Assembly: GCF_006345805.1 (NCBI RefSeq)
Contig: NC_042998.1
Span: 187,736,001-187,800,000 of the forward strand
DNA from: Octopus sinensis
Lineage: Eukaryota
Length of the DNA: 64,000 nucleotides
Direction of reading: 5' to 3'
The notes beneath the pieces are model-generated. The model was not told where the DNA came from. It made no database searches and saw only the letters and a program-made list of their open reading frames with translations. This document shows, piece by piece, positions 23,883 through 38,779 of the stretch (position 1 is the stretch's first letter; each line of letters opens with the position of its first letter). Made by a program: the position numbers and the translations under genes.

Positions 23883-26800
23883 AGTACCTGTATTTTAAAG
23901 GACCACACTTTCTGTGTCCTATGTTTAAGGGTATTCGTGTCATTAAGGTGGCGAGCTGGCAGAAACGTTAGTGCGCCGGGCGAAATGCTTAGCAGTATTT
24001 CGTCTGCTGTTATGTTCTGAGTTCAAATTCCGCCAAGGTCGACTTTGCCTTTCATCCTTTCGGGGTCGATAAATTAAGTTCCAGTTACGCGCTGGGGTCG
24101 ATGTAATCGACTTAATCCGTTTGTCTGTCCTTGTTTGTTTCCTCTGTGTTTAGCCCCATGTGGGTAGTAAAGAAATAGGTGTTCATGTCTCTGGAGTGCT
24201 CACCACTTGCATGTTAATTTCACAAGTAAGTTGCTCTGTTAATCAGATCAACTGGAACTCTCATCATCATAACCAACAGTGCCAGTTATTTATGGTCCCT
24301 CTCCGTTGAACCACTTTCTATTGACCTTTCCATGTTCACTATACATCTTATTCTCCGCATACACTTGTCTTTTTCTCCACTCACTCTTGCAACTGTCCAC
24401 CCATACGACATCTCTCTTTCTCCCGTCTTTCTGTTTATCCTTTTACTATTCTGCTGCTCTTCACCTCTCTTTACTCTATTGCCAGTACCTCTGATCTTTC
24501 CCTCAACTCCACCATTCACTATCTTTATCCTCTGCCCTACCCAACCTCTGGTCATCATCTCTCATCCTTTCATTTAACTCATATTTATCATTGACACCCC
24601 TCTGCCTCGAACCTTGTTCATTTAGTATATTCACACCACGATGCCATCTCTTTCTGTAAAGGGGAGGAGGGAAATGAGACTGTGTCCCCATGCTTCTTTC
24701 TCTGAAAGACCTAAACCAAAAGAAATAAAAGAAATGAAACTGAGATTTTAGAACTTTTTGACTTGCTGCTGGCATCATACTGAATGTACTGCAAGGCCTT
24801 ACATACATACACACATATATGTCTGTGTGGCCGATGCCAGTGCCCCCAACTGGCTCCCGTGCCGGCGGCATGTAAAAAGCACTGTCTGAACGTGATTGAT
24901 GCCAGGGCTGCCTGAGTGGCTCCCGTGTCGGTGGCACATAAAAAGCACCATCCGAATATGGCCGATGCCTGTGCCCCCTGATTGGCTCCTGTACTGGTGG
25001 CATATAAAAAGCACCTAGTACACTCTTGGAATGGTTGGAATTAGGAAGGGCATCAAGGTATAGAAACATTGCCTGATCAGACTGGAGCCTGGTGCAGCCA
25101 CTGGCTTTCCAGACCTCAGTCAAACCATCCAACCCATGCCAGCATGGAAAACGGATGTTAAACAATGATGATGATGATACACATATGCATGGCCACATCT
25201 CTGGTTTCAAATTTTGCTACAAGAGCAGCAATTTTTTAGGTGATGGGATGAGTCAATTACGTTGACCCCTCTTTTTCACCATATATTCTTGTAATCTCTA
25301 CATGTAAAAATTTTGGCCCCAGGTCTTGCCCTGTCATCTCATCACCATTATCATTTCTGTATCCAGTTACAGATTAATTACTCACCCCAATTTCTGTATA
25401 ATATGAGCAGTCTTCTATCTCCTTCACAGCAAGAAAATTGTTCCAGTTCCTTCCTTCATACTCTAACCTTTCATCAGCTAACATAAAGCTGTTTCCCTCT
25501 CTATTGTAGTCCTTTTCAGTTCAACAGAATCTTAGTCTTGTCAGCTACTTGGTGAGTTCACTAGGATTGGTGGCACTAAAATAGCTCCCAATAAAGTGGA
25601 TTAGCATTGGGAAGGGCATCTAGCTGTAGAGGCCATGCTAACACAGACACAGGAGCATTTGCAGTCCTAACACACTTCAGATCTTGTCAAATCATTCAAA
25701 CCAGGCCAACGTGGAAGACGGAAGTTAAAACTAGACCTATAAGGGAAAACATTTCAGGCATAGCCAAACTGCCTTTAGGGTTATCAGTGACATTGTATAT
25801 AATGTATTCTTCACTTTTACCCTTTTCTTTTTTTTACAATGGTATGAAGTGAGTTATTTGGCTGCTATTTTTAGCAGGTTGAATGGCCATGCAGAAGCTC
25901 CTGTATTGGGCTTGTCAATAAAGATGCAAGCACGGATGAGAAAAAGAACAATTTTAACTTGTATTATAAAGAGCTGTAACTAAATCCCTCTCTCTCTCTT
26001 TCGGAGAGGCACAAGCACCTACATGCTCATATGCACACACGACAGTAACTTCCACCTACCGAATTCAATCACAAAGCTTCGGTCGGCTCGGGGCTATAGC
26101 AGAAGACACCTACCCAAAGTGCCACGCAGTGGGACTGAACCCGAAACCATGTAGTTGGGAAGCAAGCTCCCTAACCACACAGCCATGCCCGCGCCTACTA
26201 TAATATTGTAAGTTATTTGGATTACAGGTTTATCCAGTCTGCCATTTGGAACCCCTAAGTGAATTATGACAATGCCAGGATGAAGATTTACTTTTGAGAA
26301 AAACTATAAATTAAAGTACAATGCAGCTTCTAATGTATGTAAGAAACATAACGCAACAAATTGGCATGAAAAAGGAGTATGAGATTACAGCCTTTAATTT
26401 CACCCTTCTTCCTACTCCTTTTAAAATAAGCCAGAAGTCAGTTGTATTTTACTATGCTAGGGTCAATAAAACATGTACCGGTAATATACACAGGTTGATT
26501 CACTTGACTATAAAAATTAATCTTCATAAAAAGCACCATCCGTTCGTGGCCGTTGCCAGCCTCGCCTGGCCCCCGTGGCAATGGCACGTAAAAAGCACCA
26601 TCCATTCGTGGCCGTTGCCAGCGCCGCCCCGACTGGCCTCCGTGCCGGTGGCACATAAAAGCACCATCCGTTCGTGGCCATTTGCCAGCCTCGCCTGGCC
26701 CCCGTGCTGGTGGCACGTAAAAAGCACCATCCGTTCGTGGCCGTTTGCCAGCTCCGTCTGGCACCTGTGCAGGTGGCACGTAAAAAGCACCCACTACACT

Positions 26801-29049
26801 CGCGGAGTGGTTGGCGTTAGGAAGGGCATCCAGCCGTAGAAACATTGCCAGATCAGACTGGGCCTGATGCAGCCTTCTGGCTTCACAGACCCTAGTTGAA
26901 CCGTCCAACCCATGCTAGCATGGAAAACGGACGCTAAACAATGATGATGATATCTTGCAAGAAGAAACCAATGTTCAACCATTTACTGGTTTAGTAAATG
27001 TTGATTTTATTTTGCTAGCAGAGAAATGCTGTTGAGAATGTTAGGAGAAATTATATCTGTTTTGAGTAAACAGTTACTTGGTTTCACTCAAAGATTATTT
27101 ATAGATATGATCTGTTTATGGGGATTTATAAGAAATCAATGTTATTAAAGTAGATCAAAATAAGAAGACTTTCTTCAGTTGAGTCAAGGAAGTAAGAAAA
27201 TTTAAGTAGTCTCAATTGATTGGCGAAGTGCACATTTGTGCTGCAGCTGTTGTTGCTATTAACACAAGAAACACTATTGTATTTAAAATGTAGTTTGTAA
27301 ACCAAACTAAAATAATCAACTTGCATTATACTGTGCTCGAATATAACCTATAACCAATTGATGGCAAAAGTATCTGTTAAGTTGATGGTTGTCAGTTCTT
27401 AAATATCTAAGAAGTCTATAAAATTCGCAGCAACCATTCTGCACTAGAAAATTCAAGATTTATGCCTGAATCTTCACTTGAAATACTGTTACATAGAACT
27501 ATGTCTGAATATACATATGTGTATGTCATCATTTAACATTCGCCTTCCATGCTGGCATGGGTGGGACGGTTTAAGGCGGCGAGCTGGCAGAAACGTTAGC
27601 ATGCCGGATGAAATGTGTAGCCATATTTCGTCTGCTGTTACGTTCTGAGTTCAAATTTCGCCGAGGTCAACTTTGCCTTTAATCCTTTTGGGGTCGATAA
27701 AATAAGTACCAGTTACGCACTGGGGTCGATGTAATCGACTTAATCCGTTTGTCTGTCCCCTCTGTGTTTAGCCCCTTGTGGGTAGTAAAGAAATAGGTTT
27801 AACAAGAGCCGACCAGGCAGAGGCCTGCACTAGACTTCTGTATCTGTTTTGGCATGATTTTTATAGCTGGATGCCCTTACTAACACCAACTACTCAGCAA
27901 AGTGAACTTAGTGCTTTTTATGTGGCACAAGCACATGTGAGATCAGTTTTGGCAAGTATTTTACAGCTGGATGCCCTTCCAAACACCAACAACTTTACAG
28001 TGTAGACTGGGTGCTTTTAAGTGGCACTTGCACTCACAGGGTCACCAAGTAACTTGCAAGACAAAAAACAAACTCTTTTGAGAGGGGTGGGGGCATTGGA
28101 GAAGGTGCTCTTGTATTGGATGATGAAAAGTGATAGTGAAGCAGAGAAACAGAAAAAGGTGTCTGGCTGGAGAGGAGGTACTAGGTTACCTGGGCCAAGA
28201 GAGAGAGAGATCAGGAATGAAGACAGAAACAGGTGCACTGCTGCAAAGGAAATATGTGGTTACCCAACCTGATGGAGAGAGAGACAGAGTGGGAGGCAGC
28301 AGGATAGAGATGGTAGCAAAGTGCTGGGCATACCCACAAGGGACGGGGATCAGAATATAAATGGGATGGTGGAGTAAAGGAAGAGAGAGATATAGATGGT
28401 GGTAAGTGCCAGGGCATACCCTTGAGGTTCAAATGCCATAATATAAATGGCAGGATATTGCCAATGGCTATTCTGTGTGTTCATCTGATCCTGGAAGAAA
28501 TTTTTCTCATCTGAGAAAACCTGAGTATATATAGAGTCGGGGTGGGGGCTACTGGATAGTAATGATACAGAGGAACAGGGCCATGAGGACAGGATTGGGG
28601 GTGAGAGTTAGGCATAGTGCATGAAGGAGGAAATTTAAGGAAGAGATTTGGTCATTCCAAGCATACAACCTTGTAAACAGTGTTGGTTGATTGAGGGGTT
28701 TTGTTGTGAATTAATATGTGTTGGTAGTGTCAATGGATAGATAGAGGGAGGAGAGATGTGTATGATTAGAAAGAAGACATAGGTCAAATCAAAAACAGGA
28801 AGAGAGAATGGGAGGAAAAGAGAAGAAGCAAAAGGGAGGGAGACAAAACAGAAATGAAGAGAGAAAGAATGAAATGAGAGAGGATGTGTTAGCTAGTGGC
28901 CAGAATAAAGTGATAGGAGCAAGGGAGAAGTTAGAGGGAGAGAGGGTAAGGAATAAAAGAGTGTGAAATATGTGAGTAGGGGTGATGTGATAGAGCTGTA
29001 TTAAGAAATGGATCCAAAAAAGGTAGAGAGAAGGTAAGTGTGGAGTGAC

Positions 29050-30200
29050 ATGGGTATTGGTTTTGATAGTATTTGACATGAATAATAACTATTCTTCTAT
29101 TTCTCCTAAACTTCTAAATCAAGCTCTTCCTCTAGCTAAGAACCTGACTAATCTAACCCCACTGGAAATTAACATAATCCTTAATGCCTGTAAAACACTT
29201 ATTTCTTTGGGGACAAGCTCTGGTGCCGAGCCAATCACCACAACAATAAGCATAGCAACTTATTTGACATTACCATGGGATCATCTGATTCTGTCCAAGT
29301 CACTGACCTAGTTGGACTATATATACTCCACCAGCTCCAAATACATTTTCCTAGCATCAAGGGGGTTCTCTACAGAGATGGCGCCTTGCTAGTTACCAAA
29401 AGCATAAATAAACCCTCCTTGGAAAGAACTAGAAAGATTCTTCTCTAACTTAAACCTCTCTATCATGTTTGAAAACTCTCACAAAACTTCTAACATTTTA
29501 GATGTAACTCTAAACTTATCTACCTCCCAATACTCCCCTTACCACAAACCTAACCAATATCTTAAATACCTAAACATTCATTCCAATCACTACAAATCCA
29601 CTTTTGCAAACATAATCAAGGATATCTTGATCCGTATATCTGACATCTCTTCCACTGAGGAAATTTACAATAACCACACACCTTATTACAATGAAGCACA
29701 AGCCACTAGTGGCTTCTCCCAACAAATAAAATACATCCAAAACACCAGGCTCAAACAATAAATATCACAAGTCACATCGCAAAGATACACCAACCAGCAG
29801 AATCACAACTGACCACACATAAACTTTGATAGAACCCCGGAAGATCTCACACCTAGACAACCTAGACCCTGCACGCATACATTTAACACTAGGTCAAAAA
29901 CTAAAACAGCTAAAACAGCTAACAACAACAGGCTTTACTACCCACCTCCATTCTCCAAAAATGTGGATAACACTACAAGTGGTGGATGCTCCTTTCTGTG
30001 GTACACACCCTTCTTACTTAACGTTAAGAACTTAACTAAATCCTTCTTTAAAATACTGAACTCTAACTTCCCTCGTCAACATAAATATTATTCTATCTTT
30101 AATAGATCTACCCAGAAACTATCCTATTCTGCCCCACCCAACTTCCAATCTATCATAGCAGCTCGTAATAACCAAAAGCTTTCTCTCTACCACCAAAACT
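29050..30200 (+). mobile_element. Degenerate Penelope-like element (Naiad-type RT) fragment
   Basis: Reads FDMNNNYSSIS..LL..AL, LFDITMGSSDSVQVTDLVGLYIL, LYRDG, PYHKPN..YLNIHSNH and IFNRSTQKLSYS..NFQSII across frameshifts. Confidence 0.75.
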
Positions 30201-32931
30201 CACATAATTATAACTCTAGATACACAAACGCTCAACATGTACATAACTCCACCACAGAAACAATTACATTAGGCCTCAACCACAATCCAACCCATCCTGC
30301 TACAACCCCTACCACTCTTACAAATAGTACAATTAACAACAACTATAATAACAATAACAATAATAGTAATAATTACATTAATAATACTAATAGTTTGGAC
30401 CTTTCTACCCTCTTCTCTAACCTCTTCTCTGATAATATTACCTCCATCGAGGCATGATGGAAAATTATCAGTTTATGCTATAGAAAATGTCCTAAGGAAA
30501 AAGCAGTGAATGTGTAGCACCCAAAAAATATTAGAATGTAATTGGCAAAAATGTTAATCAAACAGACTGAATTAAGGATTTTTAATTTTGGGTAAGAGTT
30601 TTGAAGTGGCTAGTTTAAGTTGGAATAATTATATGAAAAAGAAAGCTCATGTGAAAGCAGAGGCAAATTGTAACTCGTAAATGAATACTGTTGGCAGTAC
30701 TGTGCAAGCAGTTGAGAAGAGCTCGCCACAGCTGACAAAGTAAAGTATTGATTTTTTCCAGCTGGGTGTGTGTCATGTTTTTTCGTTGGCTCAAGCCAAA
30801 TCCTAGGCGAATTGAGAGTAGTCTATTTATGTTGGGGGTGTGGAATTTCGAGGAAGAAATTATAAGAAAATGTGTCCTAAGTCAAAGACAGCACACATGT
30901 CAAATTTGGTGAAATTTTGTTGAAAATTGTAGGAGTAGAAGTGGTTCACACAACACACACACACAGACAGACAACTTGTCTTTTAATAAGATAGATATAT
31001 ACTCAGTCTGCTGTGATGATTCTAAAATACATTTAAAAAACCTAATGGCATATCTTTTCTCTATGCCTCGGAAGAGATTTTGCCTAATATAATGATTTAA
31101 ACTTGTCAACATCGAAATTTCTGAACATGTTTTTCTAATTCATAATTCTAAATTTGTCTGTTATGAACATTTTAATTTGTCAACATTGAAACTTTTAAAG
31201 ATGTTTTTCTAATTCATAATTCTAAATTTTTACCAATGATAAACAAAAAATATTGTTGAAACTAGTTTGGTATATATGTAAATGAATCTAATATAAAAAG
31301 CAATATTTTCTATTTTTTATGACCAATGGCTGTAAGGAAGACGATCAATTTCTGAAAGTTGCTTCGCAAAGAGTTACCTCCCTTCTTTATATAACCCAGG
31401 AACATAAATTATGTGGAAAATTTTAAGAATCTAAAACCATCTCTGGAACATAAGTAATGTATGTTCCCAGTTTGGAGAAAATCAGTTGAAAAATACGACC
31501 ATCACAATTTTTTACACACACAGAATGGGATTTATATATACATATATATATATATATATCATAATTCATAATCATTCAAAAGAAAGTTAGAAAATGGAAT
31601 ATATATATTCCTGGTTTCAGTTAATGGTTTGACAACATCTTCAAAGGTTTTAGTTAATTAAATCAATCTCAATGCTTTATCAGTCTGTTATTTGATTGAT
31701 CTCTATTTTCTCAACTACAAAGTTATGGGACATACATTTATCAACTACTGACTAATTTAGCTATTGTCTTGTCTAACTGCGTAAATCACATAATATTGCT
31801 TGCTCCAGTTTGCCTGATTTTAAAAAAATGTTCTTTTCTAACTTAATATTTGAGAAATTTACAGTTGTAAAGGTATTTCATTCTAAAAATGATTGCATAA
31901 AAAATGCATCCCAGTCTAGCATCCTCGAGGGAAAGCATGACTAACTGTCTAGTATCTTCTTTCATGTGGAGCTGGGAGACTTATTTAGTAATAAAAGATT
32001 TATCTATTTTTAGAGTCTATAATGTAATAATAATTACTACTAAAGCTTCATATGAACTACTAATTAAATAACTAATTAAAATTAAATGCTAGACTTAATC
32101 CATGAGCTATAGTTTAACGCTACCACCTGGCCCTTGAGAGACTTTAATGGAATTCATTATGTTGCAAATATTTAGGTCAGTTTCTAGTCTAAAGTTAAAC
32201 TTCTCTCCTTCTCTCATTAGTTCTGGCAGCCCTGAAATGATTCATGGGTACCGTTTTTCCTCCAATGAATAAGACAGTGAAAAAGAAGAAAAATATTTAT
32301 CTACTTTATAATGGTGTTGATATTTCATGGTATAGTAAAAATAATTGGAAGGAGAATTTTTTTTCTTTTCATATTAAATTTTGCTTTTATCCAGCTTTCA
32401 TGAGGTTCATTTTTCATAGATGCCATCACTCTTGCTGATTATCACTAAATTTTTATCAGAAATACTCTATCTGAAGCCAAAATTCGTTTTACACATGTTC
32501 CAGGCAAGTGTTAGTTATTTCATAAGAGAAAACTTGTTCACAAACCATAGGTATCAGCAAATAGATACCCTGGTGTGATGTTTCAATCATTATTTTACTT
32601 TTAAATACATTCTGTTTTTAATTTGTAACTTATTTCACTTAGAAGATTATGGAGTTTCAGTAGATACAGCAATATGAGAGGAAGATGTGTAATAATGCGG
32701 GAGACAGCTGAACACATGAGAGATATTCTCTGTAGCATTATATGGATTTCTTGCTCAAAAATAAAACTTTGATCCTATTTTCCTTTGAGGAATTAAATAT
32801 GAAAGTGAGCTAACATAGTGCTAATTGGGAACACCCATCTGACACAATTTGGTTAGCAAGAACACATCTCTATTTAACAGCACTTGTTACTAATATGTTT
32901 TTAAGACAATAGTGTAAGAGATAGTCTAGAT

Positions 32932-33262
32932 CAGGGCTGACCAACCTGAGGCCCATGGGCCACATGCAGACTTTTATCTTGTGGCCCGCTTAATACTTTC
33001 TTGAGTATTAATTTATTGAGTATTTAATTTCAAGATAAAATTGTTTGTGTAAAACATTTGTTTCAAAATAAAATTAAAATTTATAAGTGGCAATAAAGCA
33101 ATAGCCTACAGTTTTATAATTTTAAACAAACGAGAAGTATGAAAATTTCTTGATTCTGTAATTTGATTATCTGGCTATAAGTGCATAAAGTATACAAATG
33201 GCCCTCAAAAAACTTTCTGTGATTAAAGTGGCCTGCAATGTAATTCGAGTTGGCCAGGCCTG
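32932..33262. mobile_element. hAT (Charlie-like) MITE
   Basis: CAGGGCTGACCAAC...GTTGGCCAGGCCTG; 8-bp TSD gtctagat/gtcttgat. Confidence 0.8.
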
Positions 33263-34271
33263 GTCTTGATAGGATACAACAAAGATTATGACCTTGACCA
33301 ATTTCTGAAGACATGAGTTTAATGTGTTGTTTGATTTATGTCCACTTTCCGTGCTAGCCTAAGTTGAAGGAAAATGTTATATGAGGCATAGTTTTACAGC
33401 TGGATACCCTTTCTTATGCTAACCCTTACTTGTCTTCAAGGAAGATATCACTTACCTCTACATGACTTTGAAGGTATGAAGTGCTTGAATGATTTAACCA
33501 CCAATCTGCTTACTAAAAGAGTTAGCTTTGCAAACACTAAACCACTATTTAGGTAAAAAAAAATTAGCAGAATCTAATGTTAAACGATAAGTGCTAACTT
33601 CTATCATATGAATTTAGATTTGGTTTGGTTTATTTTGGCTCTAAAAACCCTAAAAACAGACCTAGAGAGATGAAAATTTCATGTTGTAGCTTAAAAATAG
33701 AGCTTTTCGAAAAAGGTATAGCATATCAAAATCAGATGATAATCAAGGTGTATGCATATAATTAAATGAACAAATGAAATTAAGCATTTGTATTTCGGTT
33801 AAAATATACTTTATTTACCGTACAAAAAGATATAGTATATCATAGGTGTCATGGCAAGATCAGATAATGATCAAAGTGTACTATTCTGGTTGGTCCTTCT
33901 CCATCACCTCAACATGATGCTGGTTGCTCTTCATAAAAATCAGCCCCTCAAAGTTACCATTTGACAGGATGGCTCTCTTGGCCCTCAAAATATATTTGTC
34001 TTTTTATAAAAAATATTAAAAAATATAAAAAACTAAAACACTAAAAGTAAAAATTATATATATACACACACATATGATTTTTTTCCCTTTGTCTTCCCTT
34101 CTCTGGATCTTTCCTTCTATGTTTCCAACGAAGAGCTCCGCTCGAAACGTTAAACCCTCCTTCTTTCCTGAGTGTCCAATAATACTATATTTGTTCCAAG
34201 TTGTGTTTTATTGTGCTTTCATGTTTGGATTAACTTTTTCTCTCCTTCCCCTTCTTTCAGTTGTTGTGGTT

Positions 34272-34480
34272 CTTCTTCTTCTTCTTCTTCTTCTTCTTCT
34301 TCTTCTTCTTCTTCTTCTTCTTCTTCTTCTTCTTCTTCTTCTTCTTCTTCTTCTTCTTCTTCTTCTTCTTCTTCTTCTTCTTCTTCTTCTTCTTCTTCTT
34401 CTTCTTCTTCTTCTTCTTCTTCTTCTCTTCTTCTTCTTCTTCTTCTTCTTCTCTTCTTCTTCTCTCTTCTTCTTCTCTTC
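34272..34480. repeat. (CTT)n microsatellite
   Basis: Read directly from the sequence. Confidence 0.95.
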
Positions 34481-35195
34481 ACACATGCTTTTGTATTCTT
34501 TATATATATATATAATATATATAATATATAATATATATAATATATATGTATATATATATATATAATATAATATATATAATATATATAATATATATATATA
34601 ATATATATATATATTATATATATATATATTATATATATAAAGAATACAAAAGCATGTGTGAAGAAGAAGAAGAAGAAGAACCACAACAACAAAAAGAAGG
34701 ATGAAAGAAGGGGAAGGAGAGAAAAAGTAAATGAAATAATTAAAATTAAGATTAATAGTAATTGAGAAAAGTAGGGAGAAGTGATATGTGTCTGTGTGTG
34801 TGTGTGTATATATACACCATCACACTTGTGAGGACTGAATAGTTGACCTCACCACACAGGTCAACTTTTGACAAGAACTGACCACTCCTAAATTTTCCAT
34901 TTGGTTATTCATGATAGACTTAAACCTTTCCTCCACTGTTCTCAATTACTATTAATCTGATTTTTTAAAAATCTTATTTTTATTTATATATTTATTTTTT
35001 CTTGATTTCATTTACTTTTTTCTTTCCTTCTTCTGCCCCTTCTTTCTTCCTTCCTTTTGTCTTTGTTGTTGTTGTTCTTCTTCTTACATGGTTTTGTATT
35101 CTTCATATATATATATATATATAAAATTGTATATATATATATAAAATTGTTATTATATGGTTTCTTTCCTCCAAGTAAGTTTATATATATATATA

Positions 35196-35440
35196 TATTA
35201 AAAGAAATAAGGTACTCAGAAATCTGGATGGCTTTATATTTACAGATATTAATAAATATGTTACATTTTTATAAATCATATATTAGCACTTGCGTCCACT
35301 CTAGTGGAGTCTTCAGATTCTGAAGATTCCACTAGAGTGGATGCAAGCGTTAAAATATGATTTATAAAAACATGTGACATATTAATAAATATCTAAATAT
35401 AAAACCATCCAGATTTCTGAGTACCTTATTTCTTCTAATA
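35196..35440. repeat. Foldback palindrome with ~120-bp arms
   Basis: Centre TCTTCAGA-T-TCTGAAGA at ~35309-35325; outer ends AGAAATAAGGTACTCAGAAATCTGGATGG / CCATCCAGATTTCTGAGTACCTTATTTCT. Confidence 0.9.
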
Positions 35441-35449
35441 TATAATACC

Positions 35450-35668
35450 TATACAAAGCACTACAATTCTAAGAGGAAGTGTGCCACCTTCAAACTATGT
35501 GTCTTTCCTCACTGACACTAACTCCATGCATCCTTGGGGTATGCATCACCAATACATATTCCAACCATATTTTCTTGTACTCATAAACTGCTTCTTCGTC
35601 TTGCATCATTTTCTTTTGGACATAACACTCTTTTCTTGCAAGTATGAAACTGCATCTTCCTCTGGCAC
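35450..35668 (-). mobile_element. Merlin/ISXO2-like transposase N-terminal remnant
   Basis: One frame reads EEDAVSYLQEK...YW*CIPQGCMELVSVRKDT*FEGGTLPLRIVVL, with stops where Arg/Trp are expected in the WRC..C..S.R..TWFE motif. Confidence 0.5.
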
Positions 35669-36853
35669 ATGATTTAAGGCCTATTTGGTTGCTATTTTTG
35701 CCACATATGACAGCTATCTCAATGACTGGAACATATTAGTCAAAAGAGTTCTCATGTTTGGCTTGTTAGTTTGGGAACAGGCATGAATGTGTCAGTGGCT
35801 TAAGATTGGCTAAAATTACTCAAAATTTAATAACTAAGAACTTTAATAACTAAGAACTCTTCAATCTTTTACTCTTTTGTTTCAGTCATTTGACTGTGGC
35901 CATGCTGGAGCACCACCTTTTTTAGTCGAGCAAATCGACCCCAGGACTTATTCTTTGTAAGCCTAGTACTTATTCTATCGGTCTCTTTTGCCGAACCGCT
36001 AAGTTACGGGGACGTTAACACACCAGCATCAGTTGTCAAGCGATATTGGGGGGACAAACACAGACACACAAACACATACACACACATACATATATATATA
36101 TACATATATACGACAGGCTTCTTTCAGTTTCCGTCTACCAAATCCACTCACAAGGCTTTGGTCGGCCCGAGGCTATAGTAGAAGACACTTGCCCAGGGTG
36201 CCACGCAGAAGGACTGACCCCGGAACCATGTGGTTGGTAAGCAAGCTACTTACCACACAGCCACTCCTACGCCTTCGTTTATTGGTTTATGGCGAAAATG
36301 ATTTTCATGGCATTGATTAGCCTGTAAAAATGTTTCAATACACTGAATATGAAATCAGTTTAAACAGAAATTGAACTTGGCAGCCAAACGGAAAAGGTCC
36401 AATCTTTCTTGCTGTCAACAACATTGGACTAAAGGTACTTGATACTTGAAATAACTGATTTGTTAGTGTTTTGTGCCATAGTTGGAGCAAGTTGGCAAGT
36501 GGCATTCATCTTCATTCTTGGTTATGTAACATTTATTTAGTTGTATTTGCATTGAGGGACAGACTGGCCTTGGCTAGAGCTTTCTCAAGTGATACAAAAA
36601 AGTCTTGTGTATGAACAGTTGATATATGTGTGTATATGTATGTATACACACATGTATAAATATATATGCATACATACATATATACTCATAACTACATATG
36701 TATGTATGTATGTATGTATGTGTGTGTGTGCTTGTATATGGCATTTGTTTCACATTGCGTAATAAATTAAGGATAGAAACATTTGTTCTGAATTTCAATA
36801 GTTTCTGAGATACCAGAGAGAGAGAGAGAGAGAGAGAGGGAGGGAGAGAGGAG

Positions 36854-36892
<39 letters not shown>

Positions 36893-38779
36893 GGAGGGAG
36901 GGAGAGAGAGAGAAAGAGAGAGAGAGCGAGCACAAGGTAAGCAATCTATCAAACAAAACAAACTGAATGAAAACTGTGACAGCCAGTCTTGTGGTGGTCA
37001 GCTGTGTTGATGAGAAGAATGAACCTAACTGTACTGCTCTTTTTGGTATCTCAGAAACTATTTATATCAAAAGAACCAAACATTATGAGCAATGATTTAT
37101 TATGCAAAATATATATATATAGAAAAAGCTTTTTTTTTAATATTTTTCGTTTTTAGTTTTCAATTATATTATGGTATGAAGGAGGGGAAGAGCATGTGTC
37201 TAATGTATTTTTCATTATAGGGAAATACTCTGTGAAGCATGTAGAACCGTTTCCTGGTGTTAGATTTCTACTTCTCATATTTTATCTCTCAGAATCCTAT
37301 TTTGCACATGGTCATTTCAATAGCATCCATTCTGTTTGTTATATAAATCAAAAATTATATCGACATCACCGTCCACCATTCCAAAAGCACTCCTTTATAA
37401 CATGTGCGCGTGCAATAAGTGAAGTATGGAATTTATGGCATTACATTTATTCCATGGATTTACTCTTTTACTTGTTTCAGTCATTTGACTGCGGCCATGC
37501 TGGAGCACCGCCTTTAGTCGAGCAAATCGAACCCGGGACTTATTCTTTGTAAGCCCAGTACTTATTCTATCGGTCTCTTTTACCGAACTGCTAAGTGACG
37601 GGGGACGTAAACACACCAGCATCGGCTGTCATGCAATGCTATGGGGACAAACATAGACACACAAACACACACACATACATATATATATATACGACAGGCT
37701 TCTTTCAGTTTCCGTCTACCAAATCCACTCACAAGGCATTGGTCAGCCCGGGGATATAGCAGAAGACACTTGCCCAAGATGTCACGCAGTGGGACTGAAC
37801 CCGGAACCATGTGGCTGGTTAGCAAGCTACTTACCACACAGCCATTCCTGCGCCTATTACAATTGTTTCAAAAACTTGCAGGTGACCAGTCACATATCAT
37901 GTCTATAGATGAGTAGGTTGTGGAACCATCTAATGTGACTTTACTCAGAAGGCTGTAATCTCATTTGACAGGAAACCCAGTAAAGAATAAATAAAAAAAG
38001 GCTGTGAATTTAAATGAAAATGGTCTGGTGCAGGGAAGCCATGGTCATCTCCTGTGCGTTACCTCCTATCTGCTAGCTGGCGTGTCGTGTGAGAGAGAGA
38101 CTAGATCACATCTTTACTGTCTGACGTCCTGGCGAGACAAGAGGAAGATATGAGTCTCTGAACCTTAATGTTGCGTAATACCCTCTATTGTCCAACTAAT
38201 TAGGCAGCCGCCGTCAGGGGAGGTAACTGCGGCTACAGAGGCACCCCCCCCCCTTAGACTGGAAGTGGTCGATTAAAAGTAGTATAGGCGAAGTGTGTAC
38301 TAAGAGGGCACAGAAGAATGAGCCATGGCAAAACAGTTGTATGAACAATTGAAATTGAAAAAAAAGAAATATAATGCAAGTATGTACAAGGAAACGTTCA
38401 GCAAAGAAAGGGGTCCAATCAAATAGAACAAAGCATATATCTACAATGCTACAGAAAGAGAGAAAATGTGAATGCGGTGTCTATAACAACATGAGTCTAT
38501 TTTCCGGAACAGCTACTGGTGAGGCAAAGTTATGAAATGTAAATAATCTGAGATAATTTCTTCAGCCAATGAAACAATCTGCCAGAACGTGTCCTGTAAA
38601 GTGAAGAATGCGTTTGTGTAGTTGGTATTTTGGTGGGTGGAGGTGGTGCTTGTGGGAGTGGGGGGTGGCAGTGTTTGTGGCAAGATGGGTGCGTCAGCAA
38701 GTAGCCTAAATGTTTCGGAAAAGGCTTTTTTTTTTTACTCTGTCGATAGAGACAGTCTCTTTTTTTCCATGAATGTCCA

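Noticed and set aside
31909-31980. Imperfect ~70-nt hairpin (snoRNA, miRNA or SECIS candidate)
   Set aside because: It relies on many G-U pairs and bulges, with no convincing C/D, H/ACA or SECIS motifs.
34074-34692. Poly-L/S/E/R/F ORFs
   Set aside because: Translations of the (CTT)n microsatellite.
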